Source of the DNA: Escherichia phage PO103-1
Sequence record: NC_079175.1
Strand: one strand, 5' to 3'
DNA length: 53,040 bases
Part shown: one piece after another, positions 39,479 through 47,989 of the stretch
Numbering within the stretch: position 1 is the first letter of the stretch
How the letters are laid out: every line of letters starts with the position of its first letter
Notes under the pieces: model-generated
Told to the model about the DNA's origin: nothing
The model's database searches: none
The model's input: the letters and a program-made list of their open reading frames with translations, nothing else
Translations under genes and position numbers: made by a program

Positions 39479-40153
39479 TCAATATCTATTGAATCGTTCT
39501 AGTGTTTTATTTACTAAATCCTTTGTCTCAGCGACAGTGAGTTCAGTGATGATTGATTCGTCATAACCCTCAATCTGGATTGCTACAAAACGCCCAACTC
39601 CAGTTACAGTGAGTCGGTTTGTTCTGTCACGAACAACTACACCAGCTTCTTGCGCGACTGCTCGCAACAATTTCCAGCGTAAAGTTCGATTTGGTACAGC
39701 AAAGCCCTTTGCCGAGAACAACTCTTTCATGAGTTCTCCAAGACAAACAGCTTCAATGTTTTGTCCTCTTCCAACTAATTCTTGCAACAGGCACAGTGTC
39801 AACATTTCTAAATTGTTGAAGTGTCCAGCGCGCTCCAAATTAAAGAACTCTGGAGGAACAGTTGAACGAGATTTAACAGCTTGCTTGTATGCACGTTCTT
39901 CTTCCTGTGCAGCAAGCATCAGCATCTCTGGCTTAATGTATTTCATAGCAGAGAAGCCAGCGCGTGTGGCTTTAATTATGCGACAAGCCTCTTTCATCTT
40001 GTAGCGTTGCCACTCACCGCGCTTCGATTCTGGATTAAAATGGACCCACATAATGATAACATCTTCCTTGGCAAGATAGACGGCATCATTATCATTGAGC
40101 CATTGCTTACACGTTGATAGTGCAATCTCTTTGTCATCATCATGATAAGACAT
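39479..40153 (-). CDS. Hypothetical protein
   Basis: Likely start MSYHDDDK at 40153 abutting the upstream gene stop. Confidence 0.45.
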   Translation of the reverse strand: MSYHDDDKEIALSTCKQWLNDNDAVYLAKEDVIIMWVHFNPESKRGEWQRYKMKEACRIIKATRAGFSAMKYIKPEMLMLAAQEEERAYKQAVKSRSTVPPEFFNLERAGHFNNLEMLTLCLLQELVGRGQNIEAVCLGELMKELFSAKGFAVPNRTLRWKLLRAVAQEAGVVVRDRTNRLTVTGVGRFVAIQIEGYDESIITELTVAETKDLVNKTLERFNRY

Positions 40154-40154
40154 T

Positions 40155-40481
40155 TTAGTGGCCTTGTAGGATACGTTTGTTCGCAGTTTCTGCGTCGATT
40201 CCCAAATCAACTAATGTCACCAAGCACTGCGAAATCCGCTCTTGCGCAGCTTTCTCCAGAATTTGGTATTTTTCGTTGTCAATGCCTAACACATTCTTGG
40301 CATGAATGAGTGTAGCCATTAGACCATGACCCAAAGCAACAGCTTGCATTGCCCGGAGTTCAAAGTTAATTGTGATGCCAGCGAGTTCGTGCTCTTTCTG
40401 GATAATCTCAATCAACTCTTCTTTAGATTTGTCCTGTAAGTTCAAAATGGAACTCCGTAAATCGGTTGGTTTGTTGTCCAA
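40155..40481 (-). CDS. Hypothetical protein
   Basis: 108-aa ORF. Confidence 0.45.
   Translation of the reverse strand: MDNKPTDLRSSILNLQDKSKEELIEIIQKEHELAGITINFELRAMQAVALGHGLMATLIHAKNVLGIDNEKYQILEKAAQERISQCLVTLVDLGIDAETANKRILQGH
40207..40220 (-). promoter_or_regulatory. Early-region conserved motif copy (variant)
   Basis: gtgACATTAGTTGAt about 50 nt upstream of the 39479..40153 start. Confidence 0.3.
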
Positions 40482-40762
40482 TTGCGAGTTGCGATTTGCA
40501 TGGACTTGTTTGGGCCGTAGTAGAAATATTTCTTAACTTCGGCAAGGGTGTAGTTGGCACTGCTTTCAAGCAACTCCTTAAAGGTGTGCTTCCAGAATCC
40601 ATCTTTCTCCGACAGACTTACGTGGAAAGAATTAGTGCCGTTATAATACCAACGCCCACCAACGAGAACGAAGTGGATTGTTTCTTCCTCTCCTTCCCCA
40701 CTTGAAGGGAACATTAGTACATTTCTCAACGTCAAAACTTTAGCAGAATGCTTGCGAACCAT
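40442..40762 (-). CDS. Hypothetical protein
   Basis: 106-aa ORF. Confidence 0.45.
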   Translation of the reverse strand: MVRKHSAKVLTLRNVLMFPSSGEGEEETIHFVLVGGRWYYNGTNSFHVSLSEKDGFWKHTFKELLESSANYTLAEVKKYFYYGPNKSMQIATRNWTTNQPIYGVPF

Positions 40763-41403
40763 AGGAACTCTCCAATTTTCGATTCAGTGTTTGTGACTTC
40801 TCTTCTCATCTTTTGGCCCAGGAACAGGCCACAGGGTAGCGCAGGAAGGCCGAAAATCGGGCCGCTGCCTACCGTTTGTGTCAATTCTGGATAACTGCAT
40901 TGGCGAAGGGTTACTCCCGTTAGGGTGCGATACGCTAATCACATGAGTGTTGTCGCCTTGCGGCTCAGGCGTGTCACAGAGGCTTTGCAACCCTTCCCAA
41001 TACATTCACCCAATCCACCTGCTTTGGCATAGCTGGTGGCGCGGTTTTGTGCGGATTATGCCACTCTAAGCCCTGTTTGTCCGACTTCCTCAGAGCACCA
41101 GCAGCTTGTGGCACAAACCTATTTTCGAATGACTAACATAAGCATGAGGCATAACCCTCTAATTATTCAGCCCTAACAGCTTGCTTATTTAGTTCCAATT
41201 CATCCCAATACATCGCCTATAACAAGTGAATAGCTTTTCTGCGAAGAAGTATTCCGGCCCTATGGCCTATGTTAAAAGATAAATGTAATATGATGGAAAC
41301 ATTCCATCGAAAAGAACTTTGTAGAACGAATCGAACGTTCTCACACGCCTTGGTACCAGACGGACTACCTAGTTACAAAGTTCTTATCTGATGTTGTTTC
41401 AAT

Positions 41404-41420
41404 TCCAACTAATGTCGAAT
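41404..41420 (-). promoter_or_regulatory. Early-region conserved motif copy
   Basis: attcgACATTAGTTGGA at the edge of the 40763-41408 non-coding block. Confidence 0.3.
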
Positions 41421-41585
41421 GTCTTTCTTGCAAACAGGACAAGTGATAAATCTATATGCGAAATATCCTCGGTCATTCTTACCTGTGTATATCTTTAAGT
41501 CCGAGAATTCATAAGACACAACAGAAGCACATAACCGACATTGGCGTGTGAAGGTTACTGTATCTTTTTCCAGAACTTTAATCAT
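41409..41585 (-). CDS. Small zinc-ribbon protein
   Basis: About 59 aa from ATG with GGAG 6 nt upstream; CRLC...CPVC pairs; the motif copy overlaps its RBS. Confidence 0.45.
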   Translation of the reverse strand: MIKVLEKDTVTFTRQCRLCASVVSYEFSDLKIYTGKNDRGYFAYRFITCPVCKKDIRH

Positions 41586-41590
41586 TTCAT

Positions 41591-41608
41591 CTCCAACTAA
41601 TGTTTCAG
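41591..41608 (-). promoter_or_regulatory. Early-region conserved motif copy
   Basis: ctgaaACATTAGTTGGAG; its GGAG doubles as the RBS of the zinc-ribbon gene. Confidence 0.35.
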
Positions 41609-41731
41609 AATTATTCCAATATTCCAAACAAAAAGAATAATAAGAATAAATTAAATAAATGAAGAAAGTGCTTGACACCCATTTGGCGATAAGTGTATAA
41701 TGCCTTTCTTCCCTAAGTGGTCAGAATCAAA

Positions 41732-41748
41732 TCCCACTAATGTTTCAG
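41732..41748 (-). promoter_or_regulatory. Early-region conserved motif copy
   Basis: ctgaaACATTAGTGGGA in an intergenic stretch. Confidence 0.35.
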
Positions 41749-41812
41749 ACTAAAGCCGAAGGCCAATGCGAGCACAAAACCCGCTTGGCACTTCGAAGAA
41801 ACCCGCCTGGAA

Positions 41813-42052
41813 CTATAGTGTTTTCCAGTCTGAGTCAAATAGCTCTTTCGGTCGTGTGTAGATAGTAGAAGAATCAATACTCAAGAAAGTATGGTCCCCG
41901 TACTTCTTCACCTCTTGGTAAGCAAACCCATCCACCCAACTTCCGCAGTGAGTTTTAATCTTTGTAGGTCCAAGAATACGATAGAAAGTGTTTCGAGGCT
42001 GGTGGTGAACAATCAATCCAGCCTCAAGTTCAGCGATATTTAAATCACGCAT
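41813..42052 (-). CDS. Hypothetical protein
   Basis: 79-aa ORF. Confidence 0.4.
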   Translation of the reverse strand: MRDLNIAELEAGLIVHHQPRNTFYRILGPTKIKTHCGSWVDGFAYQEVKKYGDHTFLSIDSSTIYTRPKELFDSDWKTL

Positions 42053-42662
42053 TTAAGAATAGTATTCCCTCAGAGAAAATGTAGTCACTTCCATAATCTC
42101 TGGTGATTGCATCCCAATCAATATATGGTGCAAGTCGGCCTGGAATATCCAGTGCCTCACTTTGCTTCAAATATTCTGTAATTGAGTCGCAACGTGTGAT
42201 GAACATGTCGTTCAAATCATCCACAGTGAAAATATCAATCTCACCACTGCGGAATGCTGCAAGAATTACATCCAAATCGGTGTCAACAAGCAGCTCATTG
42301 AACTTATCATATTTACGAATGCTGAATAGCCCATTGGCAAAGCAAACTTCGGTAACATCTTCTTCGTTTGATTCAATTACGTCATATGTGCCGTCTTCTG
42401 GATATTCAATGCCGTATTCTTCATGCAAATACTCCCGCATGTCGAAATCATAGTGACGCCAAGACAGGCCATCAACCCACGCATCTACAAATTCAGAATT
42501 AGTTTCGCCTGTGTAGAAACGAACCAATAAGGTTTCATCTCTACGCCAGGACTTAAGCTGTTCTACTGCTTGAGCAATGTTATCGTTTTGCATTGAGTTT
42601 CTCCCACATACCTTGAAGTTCCGCATTAAGGATTTTGAGCTGTTCAATTCGCTCTTTTCCAC
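42045..42662 (-). CDS. Acidic protein, ArdA-like anti-restriction candidate
   Basis: Strongly acidic; C-terminal PYIDWDAITRDYGSDYIFSEG resembles the ArdA C-terminus as I recall it; true start may be an internal Met. Confidence 0.4.
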   Translation of the reverse strand: MEKSELNSSKSLMRNFKVCGRNSMQNDNIAQAVEQLKSWRRDETLLVRFYTGETNSEFVDAWVDGLSWRHYDFDMREYLHEEYGIEYPEDGTYDVIESNEEDVTEVCFANGLFSIRKYDKFNELLVDTDLDVILAAFRSGEIDIFTVDDLNDMFITRCDSITEYLKQSEALDIPGRLAPYIDWDAITRDYGSDYIFSEGILFLNA

Positions 42663-42870
42663 TCTTCACTAACATGTCTAAGATGGCGGTTTTCTCTTTG
42701 TATGATACTAGATAGCAGCACCTGCCAACCTCAATTTCGTGCCTCAGACTACGAGAATCTTGCACATGATTTGACAAATGCTGGTGGAGTTCTGCCTCTG
42801 CACGAGTCGTACGCTCTTGCATTCGCTCTAGTTCTTTCGGTATTTCCTGATATTCCATCGGATGCTCCAT
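42580..42870 (-). CDS. Hypothetical protein
   Basis: 96-aa ORF. Confidence 0.35.
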   Translation of the reverse strand: MEHPMEYQEIPKELERMQERTTRAEAELHQHLSNHVQDSRSLRHEIEVGRCCYLVSYKEKTAILDMLVKSGKERIEQLKILNAELQGMWEKLNAKR

Positions 42871-42878
42871 TGATGAAG

Positions 42879-43274
42879 TTATGCTGGAAGTTCGAAGTGT
42901 GGTGCATCAAGGAACTTGGCCCATTTCACTGGCTTAGTGAAGGTCCGTTCCCATGTTCCGCCCCAACGAATGACAACTCCAAGCTCTTCTGCGGCTTTGA
43001 ACATGTGTTCAGCTACAATTTGGAATCGTTCGAGGTCATTCCAGTCAATTGGGTACGGCGCAATGTCCAAAGCGTTGCCTGACATGTGTCGGCTAACTGA
43101 AACTTTGGTTGCACCCTGTTTTAACAGTTCTTGTTGACGTTCATAAGAGCGTAAACCTTCCAAAACAGCTACATCAAAAGGCATCGTTTCACATGCACGT
43201 TTGAAAACTGCAACTAATGAAGGATTTACTCCCTTAAGTCGGTCTAAAGAACGTTGACCGAGCTTAACATTCAT
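42879..43274 (-). CDS. Peptidase M15 family cell-wall endopeptidase (T5-type endolysin-like)
   Basis: SRHMSGNALDIAPY, IDWNDLERF and APHFEL closely parallel the T5 L-alanyl-D-glutamate peptidase motifs as I recall them. Confidence 0.75.
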   Translation of the reverse strand: MNVKLGQRSLDRLKGVNPSLVAVFKRACETMPFDVAVLEGLRSYERQQELLKQGATKVSVSRHMSGNALDIAPYPIDWNDLERFQIVAEHMFKAAEELGVVIRWGGTWERTFTKPVKWAKFLDAPHFELPA

Positions 43275-43549
43275 TACTTATCCTTTAGCGCATCGCTTAA
43301 AGTGTTGTTTAACAGTGTGTTGAGGTTATCAATCTCGTCAAATGCTTTCTGAGCCTTGGCAACTTCATCAACAAGTAATGCTCGAAGGACTCCATGCTCA
43401 ATAAGCACCCATCCATCAATACAGTCGATGAAAACCTTAACTTTATCGGCCGGAGCATTTAAATCAAAGGTAGATAAGTCAGATTTGGCATCATCTAGCT
43501 TACCTTTTGCCTTACTTAGTTCAACTGGAACTTGGTCTATTGAAATCAT
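43274..43549 (-). CDS. Hypothetical protein
   Basis: 91-aa ORF, translationally coupled to the M15 peptidase gene. Confidence 0.4.
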   Translation of the reverse strand: MISIDQVPVELSKAKGKLDDAKSDLSTFDLNAPADKVKVFIDCIDGWVLIEHGVLRALLVDEVAKAQKAFDEIDNLNTLLNNTLSDALKDK

Positions 43550-43779
43550 TGAAAGCTATTCCCACTAGGGTGAATGGTTAATTTGAAAGACACTAATTCT
43601 TTATTGATTGAGGTTGTTCCAAGAACTGTTGCCTCAAACAACATAGATTTAGCAGTTTCCTTCCCTACACGTTCCAAGTATTTTACAACTCGGTCGTGAA
43701 TTACTGCCCAATGGCGATATTCGCAATTGGATTCCAGCAGGTATTGAACCCCATCAATAATAAATTCTGTTGAAGTCAT
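43546..43779 (-). CDS. Hypothetical protein
   Basis: 77-aa ORF. Confidence 0.4.
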   Translation of the reverse strand: MTSTEFIIDGVQYLLESNCEYRHWAVIHDRVVKYLERVGKETAKSMLFEATVLGTTSINKELVSFKLTIHPSGNSFQ

Positions 43780-44135
43780 TTCTTCTCCGTACAGCTGGTG
43801 GATAAGACAGGATAGTTTGCTTTGAGGAAATCCCCATCACGGAAAATCTGTAGCACAAGTTTATCTTCATGATTTATAAACAGTGCAGCAAACCTGCTAT
43901 CTTTAATGTTGTAAAATAAAACTGTTGCAGGATTGGGTTCATCACTTGGAACCTCTATCCAAACACCAGCTTCAGGAATTATTGACGCAATCAGAGGTTG
44001 GCTGTCTCCGATGTTATCAACTACAAGAGTATATGCTCCACATTTGAAGTTCTTTGTTGACGCTTTAGACTCAAAGCTGAAGAACGCCAAAACAATTAAT
44101 GCTAAAGTATAAATAATAATGTACTTAAGTTTCAC
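43776..44135 (-). CDS. Secreted/periplasmic small protein
   Basis: N-terminal signal-peptide-like segment (IIIYTLALIVLAFFSFESKA). Confidence 0.45.
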   Translation of the reverse strand: MKLKYIIIYTLALIVLAFFSFESKASTKNFKCGAYTLVVDNIGDSQPLIASIIPEAGVWIEVPSDEPNPATVLFYNIKDSRFAALFINHEDKLVLQIFRDGDFLKANYPVLSTSCTEKK

Positions 44136-44289
44136 AATTAAAACCTCTGAACGATTTTAGATACAGTGTGTAACTTACCTTTATAAAGAATTGCACACCC
44201 AACCATAATAAATTGTGTATTAAGTGTTGAAATTGGCTCGTCAACACCTTCAAGATAAATATCCCACATAAATCCTCCAATAATTAATC

Positions 44290-44315
44290 GAGGCCACTCG
44301 AAGTGGAATGGCCTC
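44290..44315 (-). terminator. Hairpin terminator candidate
   Basis: About 10-bp stem (GAGGCCATTC/GAGTGGCCTC) 6 nt after the stop of 44322..45224, followed by U-rich GAUUAAUUAUU. Confidence 0.45.
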
Positions 44316-44321
44316 TGTTAA

Positions 44322-45224
44322 TTACAGCTTCTTGATAAGCTCTGCGGATTTGTTTGCGGCAGCTTTCATTTCATCGCGCGCGGCTTTAGAGATTGATGCC
44401 TTGTCCACGCGAATATTACAGTTACCAACTGCAATCTTGCCATCTTCTGTTGGCGGAAGCTGAGTTAACTCCAACATTTGCTCCAGCTTTTGCAGAAGAA
44501 TGCGTTGTGCTTCGATTGCATTTTGAATATTTAATGTTTCCATTACTGCTCTTACCTTTCTTGAGAATGTTCCAGTTAATGCCAGCCGTACTTGTAAACC
44601 TTTAATGTTTCCATAGTCTACATTCACTTTATTGGCTGGCGAATGTGGATGTTTGTACACGTTTGTTACAGTTGCCCAATTTCCATTTACCCAAATAACA
44701 TCGCCAACTTCTACATCTTTTCCGAGAACATCTTCTTCATCGGATATTTCCTGCTTCTTGAACTCCTCCACAGGAAGGAATATTGGATTTATTTGGTTTG
44801 GGAACTCAATTGTTGGTGAGTTTGCCATTGGGCCTGGGTTAACAACGTAGACAACCCTACTCTTCACAAAGTCGAAGTACCCTTTCGAGTGATGCAGTCG
44901 AACATCTGAACCATAATCTTCTACGCGAGTAATGTAGAAGAAGTTTACACCATAGCTAAGTGTTTCACCTGCTACAACCATCCCAGCTTTGACTGGAGTA
45001 ACCTTTGGCGCATTTTCATGCTTATCGACAATTTCCACAATCTTGTATGCGTCCAAGTTGAAATATCCTCCATTATATTGCAGTTGTACAATGTTGGCAA
45101 AATGGAGTATCCTTTCTATTAGGTACTCTTTGCAATCGTGCAGGTATATATCACCTTTCGATACCAAATTTACCGGAATTTTGATAGCCTTAGTTCCCAC
45201 GATATTCCTCACGCATTGCTGCAC
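44322..45224 (-). CDS. Hypothetical protein
   Basis: 300-aa ORF followed by a strong hairpin. Confidence 0.45.
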   Translation of the reverse strand: MQQCVRNIVGTKAIKIPVNLVSKGDIYLHDCKEYLIERILHFANIVQLQYNGGYFNLDAYKIVEIVDKHENAPKVTPVKAGMVVAGETLSYGVNFFYITRVEDYGSDVRLHHSKGYFDFVKSRVVYVVNPGPMANSPTIEFPNQINPIFLPVEEFKKQEISDEEDVLGKDVEVGDVIWVNGNWATVTNVYKHPHSPANKVNVDYGNIKGLQVRLALTGTFSRKVRAVMETLNIQNAIEAQRILLQKLEQMLELTQLPPTEDGKIAVGNCNIRVDKASISKAARDEMKAAANKSAELIKKL

Positions 45225-45321
45225 AGTGTTTGCAAACCCAAATGGTTACATAATCGTTTTCGTGTGAAATTTCCCAATTATGTAGCCCTATAAAACATAA
45301 GATTTTCATAGGGCACCTCCA

Positions 45322-45696
45322 TTAGAACGGAATGTCGTCGTCGAAGTCTTTCGGCTCGTTCGGGTTATAATTGCTCTGCTGCTGTTGTTGAGTAGGAGCT
45401 TGCTGTTGCGCAGAAGGTTGCTGGCGTTGCTGTTGCTGTTGAGCGGCAGCTTGAGGTTGAGCTTTGGCTTTAGCTTTCTCTTCACGCTTACGCATCATTT
45501 CATCAACCTGTTCTTGGGTCATGATGGTTAATGCAAGTGAGGTAAACTCATTACCATTTGCTTGCTTATTCCAGCCAGATACCCAATACCAGATTCCGTC
45601 AACGTTAATACGTCCACGAATGTCGGGATGTTTTGGGTCTTTCTTGAAGCCGTTAGGACCGATAATGCCAGTGTTTACATCTGAATATTGTGCCAT
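45322..45696 (-). CDS. Small protein carrying an SSB-like C-terminal tail
   Basis: Gln-rich linker then NEPKDFDDDIPF, nearly identical to the E. coli SSB C-terminal tip as I recall it; N-terminal domain too short for a full OB fold. Confidence 0.55.
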   Translation of the reverse strand: MAQYSDVNTGIIGPNGFKKDPKHPDIRGRINVDGIWYWVSGWNKQANGNEFTSLALTIMTQEQVDEMMRKREEKAKAKAQPQAAAQQQQQRQQPSAQQQAPTQQQQQSNYNPNEPKDFDDDIPF

Positions 45697-45771
45697 GATT
45701 AAGATTCTCTTAAGTTAATTACAGTTTAAGTTTCAGTGACATTGCTAACCACGGAATAGCTTTGTCCCTCA

Positions 45772-45794
45772 TATCCAACTAGTGCTAGATTAAT
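45772..45794 (-). promoter_or_regulatory. Early-region motif copy, extended GATTAATC subfamily
   Basis: gattaatctagcACTAGTTGGAt about 75 nt upstream of 45322..45696. Confidence 0.35.
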
Positions 45795-45825
45795 CAGGAA
45801 CACTCAATGAATGCTCCTTGTTAAT

Positions 45826-46137
45826 TCAACGTTGTTTCTTGGCCCACTCTATTGCAGCCATTATCGTATCGCCGTGGCAGCGAGCTGGGGCACACCAACA
45901 AACTAAATCTTTGCCATCCAATGCTAGCAAATCATCTATTGTTACTTCACCAGATTTAATTTGTTTCCACAAATGCTTGCGATACTCTTCGCACACATAG
46001 TCTCTTTGGCTTTCATTAAACATTTTAAAAGGATTGTGGAATTTCTTGTTTCCAGCAATACCCTTCATATCTCGACCTATATATACTGCGTTGTTGTGAA
46101 CACCTTTAACTTTCGAATAGTTCAGAACTCTTGCCAT
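45826..46137 (-). CDS. DUF4326-like protein
   Basis: VYIGR...NPF and LVCWCAPARCHGD motifs; start MARVLNY at 46137 with GGAG upstream. Confidence 0.5.
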   Translation of the reverse strand: MARVLNYSKVKGVHNNAVYIGRDMKGIAGNKKFHNPFKMFNESQRDYVCEEYRKHLWKQIKSGEVTIDDLLALDGKDLVCWCAPARCHGDTIMAAIEWAKKQR

Positions 46138-46162
46138 CTTTATTCTCCAATTATTATTCACA

Positions 46163-46184
46163 ATCAACTAATGTTAGATTAATC
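46163..46184 (-). promoter_or_regulatory. Early-region motif copy, extended GATTAATC subfamily
   Basis: gattaatctaACATTAGTTGAt about 30 nt upstream of the DUF4326-like gene. Confidence 0.35.
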
Positions 46185-46216
46185 ATGGACACCTACAGGA
46201 GATGCCCATTGTTAAT

Positions 46217-46450
46217 TTAACGAGTCAGTTTGTCAAAGTACCACATATCTTTGGTAATCCACTCACCGCTTGGTGATTTAATGTAGCAACTACCATTGAT
46301 TGTGTATTTGAACTCTGCTTGCTGCAATTCTGCAAAGGTTTTGCATTCATATTTGTATACAAAATATGTAGGCAGTCCAATGACAACCAGAACAGACAGC
46401 AACATTAGTACGAAAGGTACTACAATATCTTTCATAACCCAATTCATCAT
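46217..46450 (-). CDS. Small membrane protein
   Basis: One strongly hydrophobic segment (VVPFVLMLLSVLVVIGL). Confidence 0.4.
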   Translation of the reverse strand: MMNWVMKDIVVPFVLMLLSVLVVIGLPTYFVYKYECKTFAELQQAEFKYTINGSCYIKSPSGEWITKDMWYFDKLTR

Positions 46451-46549
46451 ATCCCCGCTTGTAGAAGGAGTAGGTTTGCAAAACCCAGAATAACTGTGAG
46501 TATAACGACACTGATAGTGAGTGTCAGTATTATATATTTGATACTGTCC

Positions 46550-46837
46550 TCACATTACCTTTGATACAGGAATTGGGTCGATTGTGGTTTCAGGTTTATA
46601 CCAACTTACTTCGCCAGAATCTTTAACAAGCTCCCACAAATTGGAGAATGTACGATAAGATAAATTGCGGTTATCATCATTAACGACAAAACCCAAAGGA
46701 GATTGAATATACGCACCGAGTGTACCGTTGTTGCGAGGAACCCCGTCACCACGACCTGCGACGATTTTGTACTTCTTACCGTAGGTAAAACTGTAATTTG
46801 TTTTACCAACATAACGTAAGATTGAATTCTTGTTCAT
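46550..46837 (-). CDS. Hypothetical protein
   Basis: 95-aa ORF. Confidence 0.4.
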   Translation of the reverse strand: MNKNSILRYVGKTNYSFTYGKKYKIVAGRGDGVPRNNGTLGAYIQSPLGFVVNDDNRNLSYRTFSNLWELVKDSGEVSWYKPETTIDPIPVSKVM

Positions 46838-47121
46838 TTCTTAGCTTTCTCCCATTTGGATAAACCACCTTCAAGATTGAAGATACGATTGCAACCAGAT
46901 TCGTCTTTAATGACAAACTGAGTTCCGGTTAGCTGGATTGGCTCAAGTGAACCAAATATCTTCTTTGGTTTTGACAAGCTGGTGGCAAGAACCACATAAA
47001 CTTTGCTTGGGCAAATGTCGAAAGCAAAGTCACGAGTGTAGACTAAGTCACCAACTTTCAAATATGCTGGTAACAAGCGACCTGTGGCTGGGTCACGTTG
47101 TAAACGAGTACGTTGTTTCAT
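46834..47121 (-). CDS. Hypothetical protein
   Basis: 95-aa ORF. Confidence 0.4.
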   Translation of the reverse strand: MKQRTRLQRDPATGRLLPAYLKVGDLVYTRDFAFDICPSKVYVVLATSLSKPKKIFGSLEPIQLTGTQFVIKDESGCNRIFNLEGGLSKWEKAKK

Positions 47122-47184
47122 AAATGCTCCAAGTTAATTAATAATATTCAGCAACCACTCTCATTACAAAAGTGGTTGAGGAAA

Positions 47185-47415
47185 TTATTTGACTTCTTCC
47201 CAGGACCAGACACTACCTTCCAAGGGGACGCTCTCTCCCGCAGACCAATATGAGTCGCCATAGGAAGTTTTGCGGTCACTGTCTTCTGTGATGTTTATGC
47301 GAGTCTGCACTCCATCTTCGTCTTTAACAGTTACAAGCTCTCCTTCAATAATATCACCAACTTGCGGAGAATATTCAGATGAAGAGGATGATTCTACACA
47401 TTTAAACTTTGTCAT
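47185..47415 (-). CDS. Hypothetical small acidic protein (paralog A)
   Basis: Starts MTKFKCVES; paralogous to the next gene. Confidence 0.4.
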   Translation of the reverse strand: MTKFKCVESSSSSEYSPQVGDIIEGELVTVKDEDGVQTRINITEDSDRKTSYGDSYWSAGESVPLEGSVWSWEEVK

Positions 47416-47639
47416 TGCAATAACCCTTGTTCACAAATATCTGCAAATTCTGCTTCATGGTCACGTTGCCATGTCCAGAATGCACCATTCATAGGCACTA
47501 CAGCGCCTTTACGAAATGCTGGAGAAACATTCTCGGCCGATTTGGTCACTTTAAATTCCAAAGGCGAGATAGCTTCACCCTCAACGATGAAGCCAACTGG
47601 AACATAATCTTTGGTTGAAGCAACACATTTAAATTTCAT
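47412..47639 (-). CDS. Hypothetical small protein (paralog B)
   Basis: Likely start MKFKCVAS at 47639 with AGGTG upstream. Confidence 0.4.
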   Translation of the reverse strand: MKFKCVASTKDYVPVGFIVEGEAISPLEFKVTKSAENVSPAFRKGAVVPMNGAFWTWQRDHEAEFADICEQGLLQ

Positions 47640-47943
47640 GATATAAAACACCTATCTCAGATTTGAGGTTAAATTCACGAAAGAAATCCATTGTTACAAA
47701 ACGGATTTTACCTTCATCATCAACTACGTTACAGGAGATTTCTGAGTGGACCATACGGCCCAACTTCAAAGCAACTTCTGACAGGTTTGCTTCACCAGTG
47801 CCAGAAATCACTTCATAGATTTTATATGGTGTAAAGCCGCTTAAAGAGTTATTACGGCTTGGGACAATCATCATGCCTGTTCTGGTAGCCATAATAACTC
47901 CGGCATTAAAAGTACATGAATGCGCCAACAACAAGCAGCACAA
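47629..47943 (-). CDS. Hypothetical protein
   Basis: 104-aa ORF; true start may be an internal Met. Confidence 0.35.
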   Translation of the reverse strand: MCCLLLAHSCTFNAGVIMATRTGMMIVPSRNNSLSGFTPYKIYEVISGTGEANLSEVALKLGRMVHSEISCNVVDDEGKIRFVTMDFFREFNLKSEIGVLYHEI

Positions 47944-47989
47944 GTGGGAACATCATAATACAGAATACTAGTTTCTTTACAATATCCAT

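Noticed and set aside
40784-41005. 73-aa minus-strand ORF inside the 40763-41408 block
   Set aside because: Pro/Gly/Ser-rich translation from GC-rich sequence without a clear RBS; more likely non-coding.
41325-41341. tRNA T-arm-like palindrome GAACG-AATCGAA-CGTTC
   Set aside because: Flanking sequence gives a molecule of only about 63 nt with a mismatched acceptor stem; treated as a plain inverted repeat.
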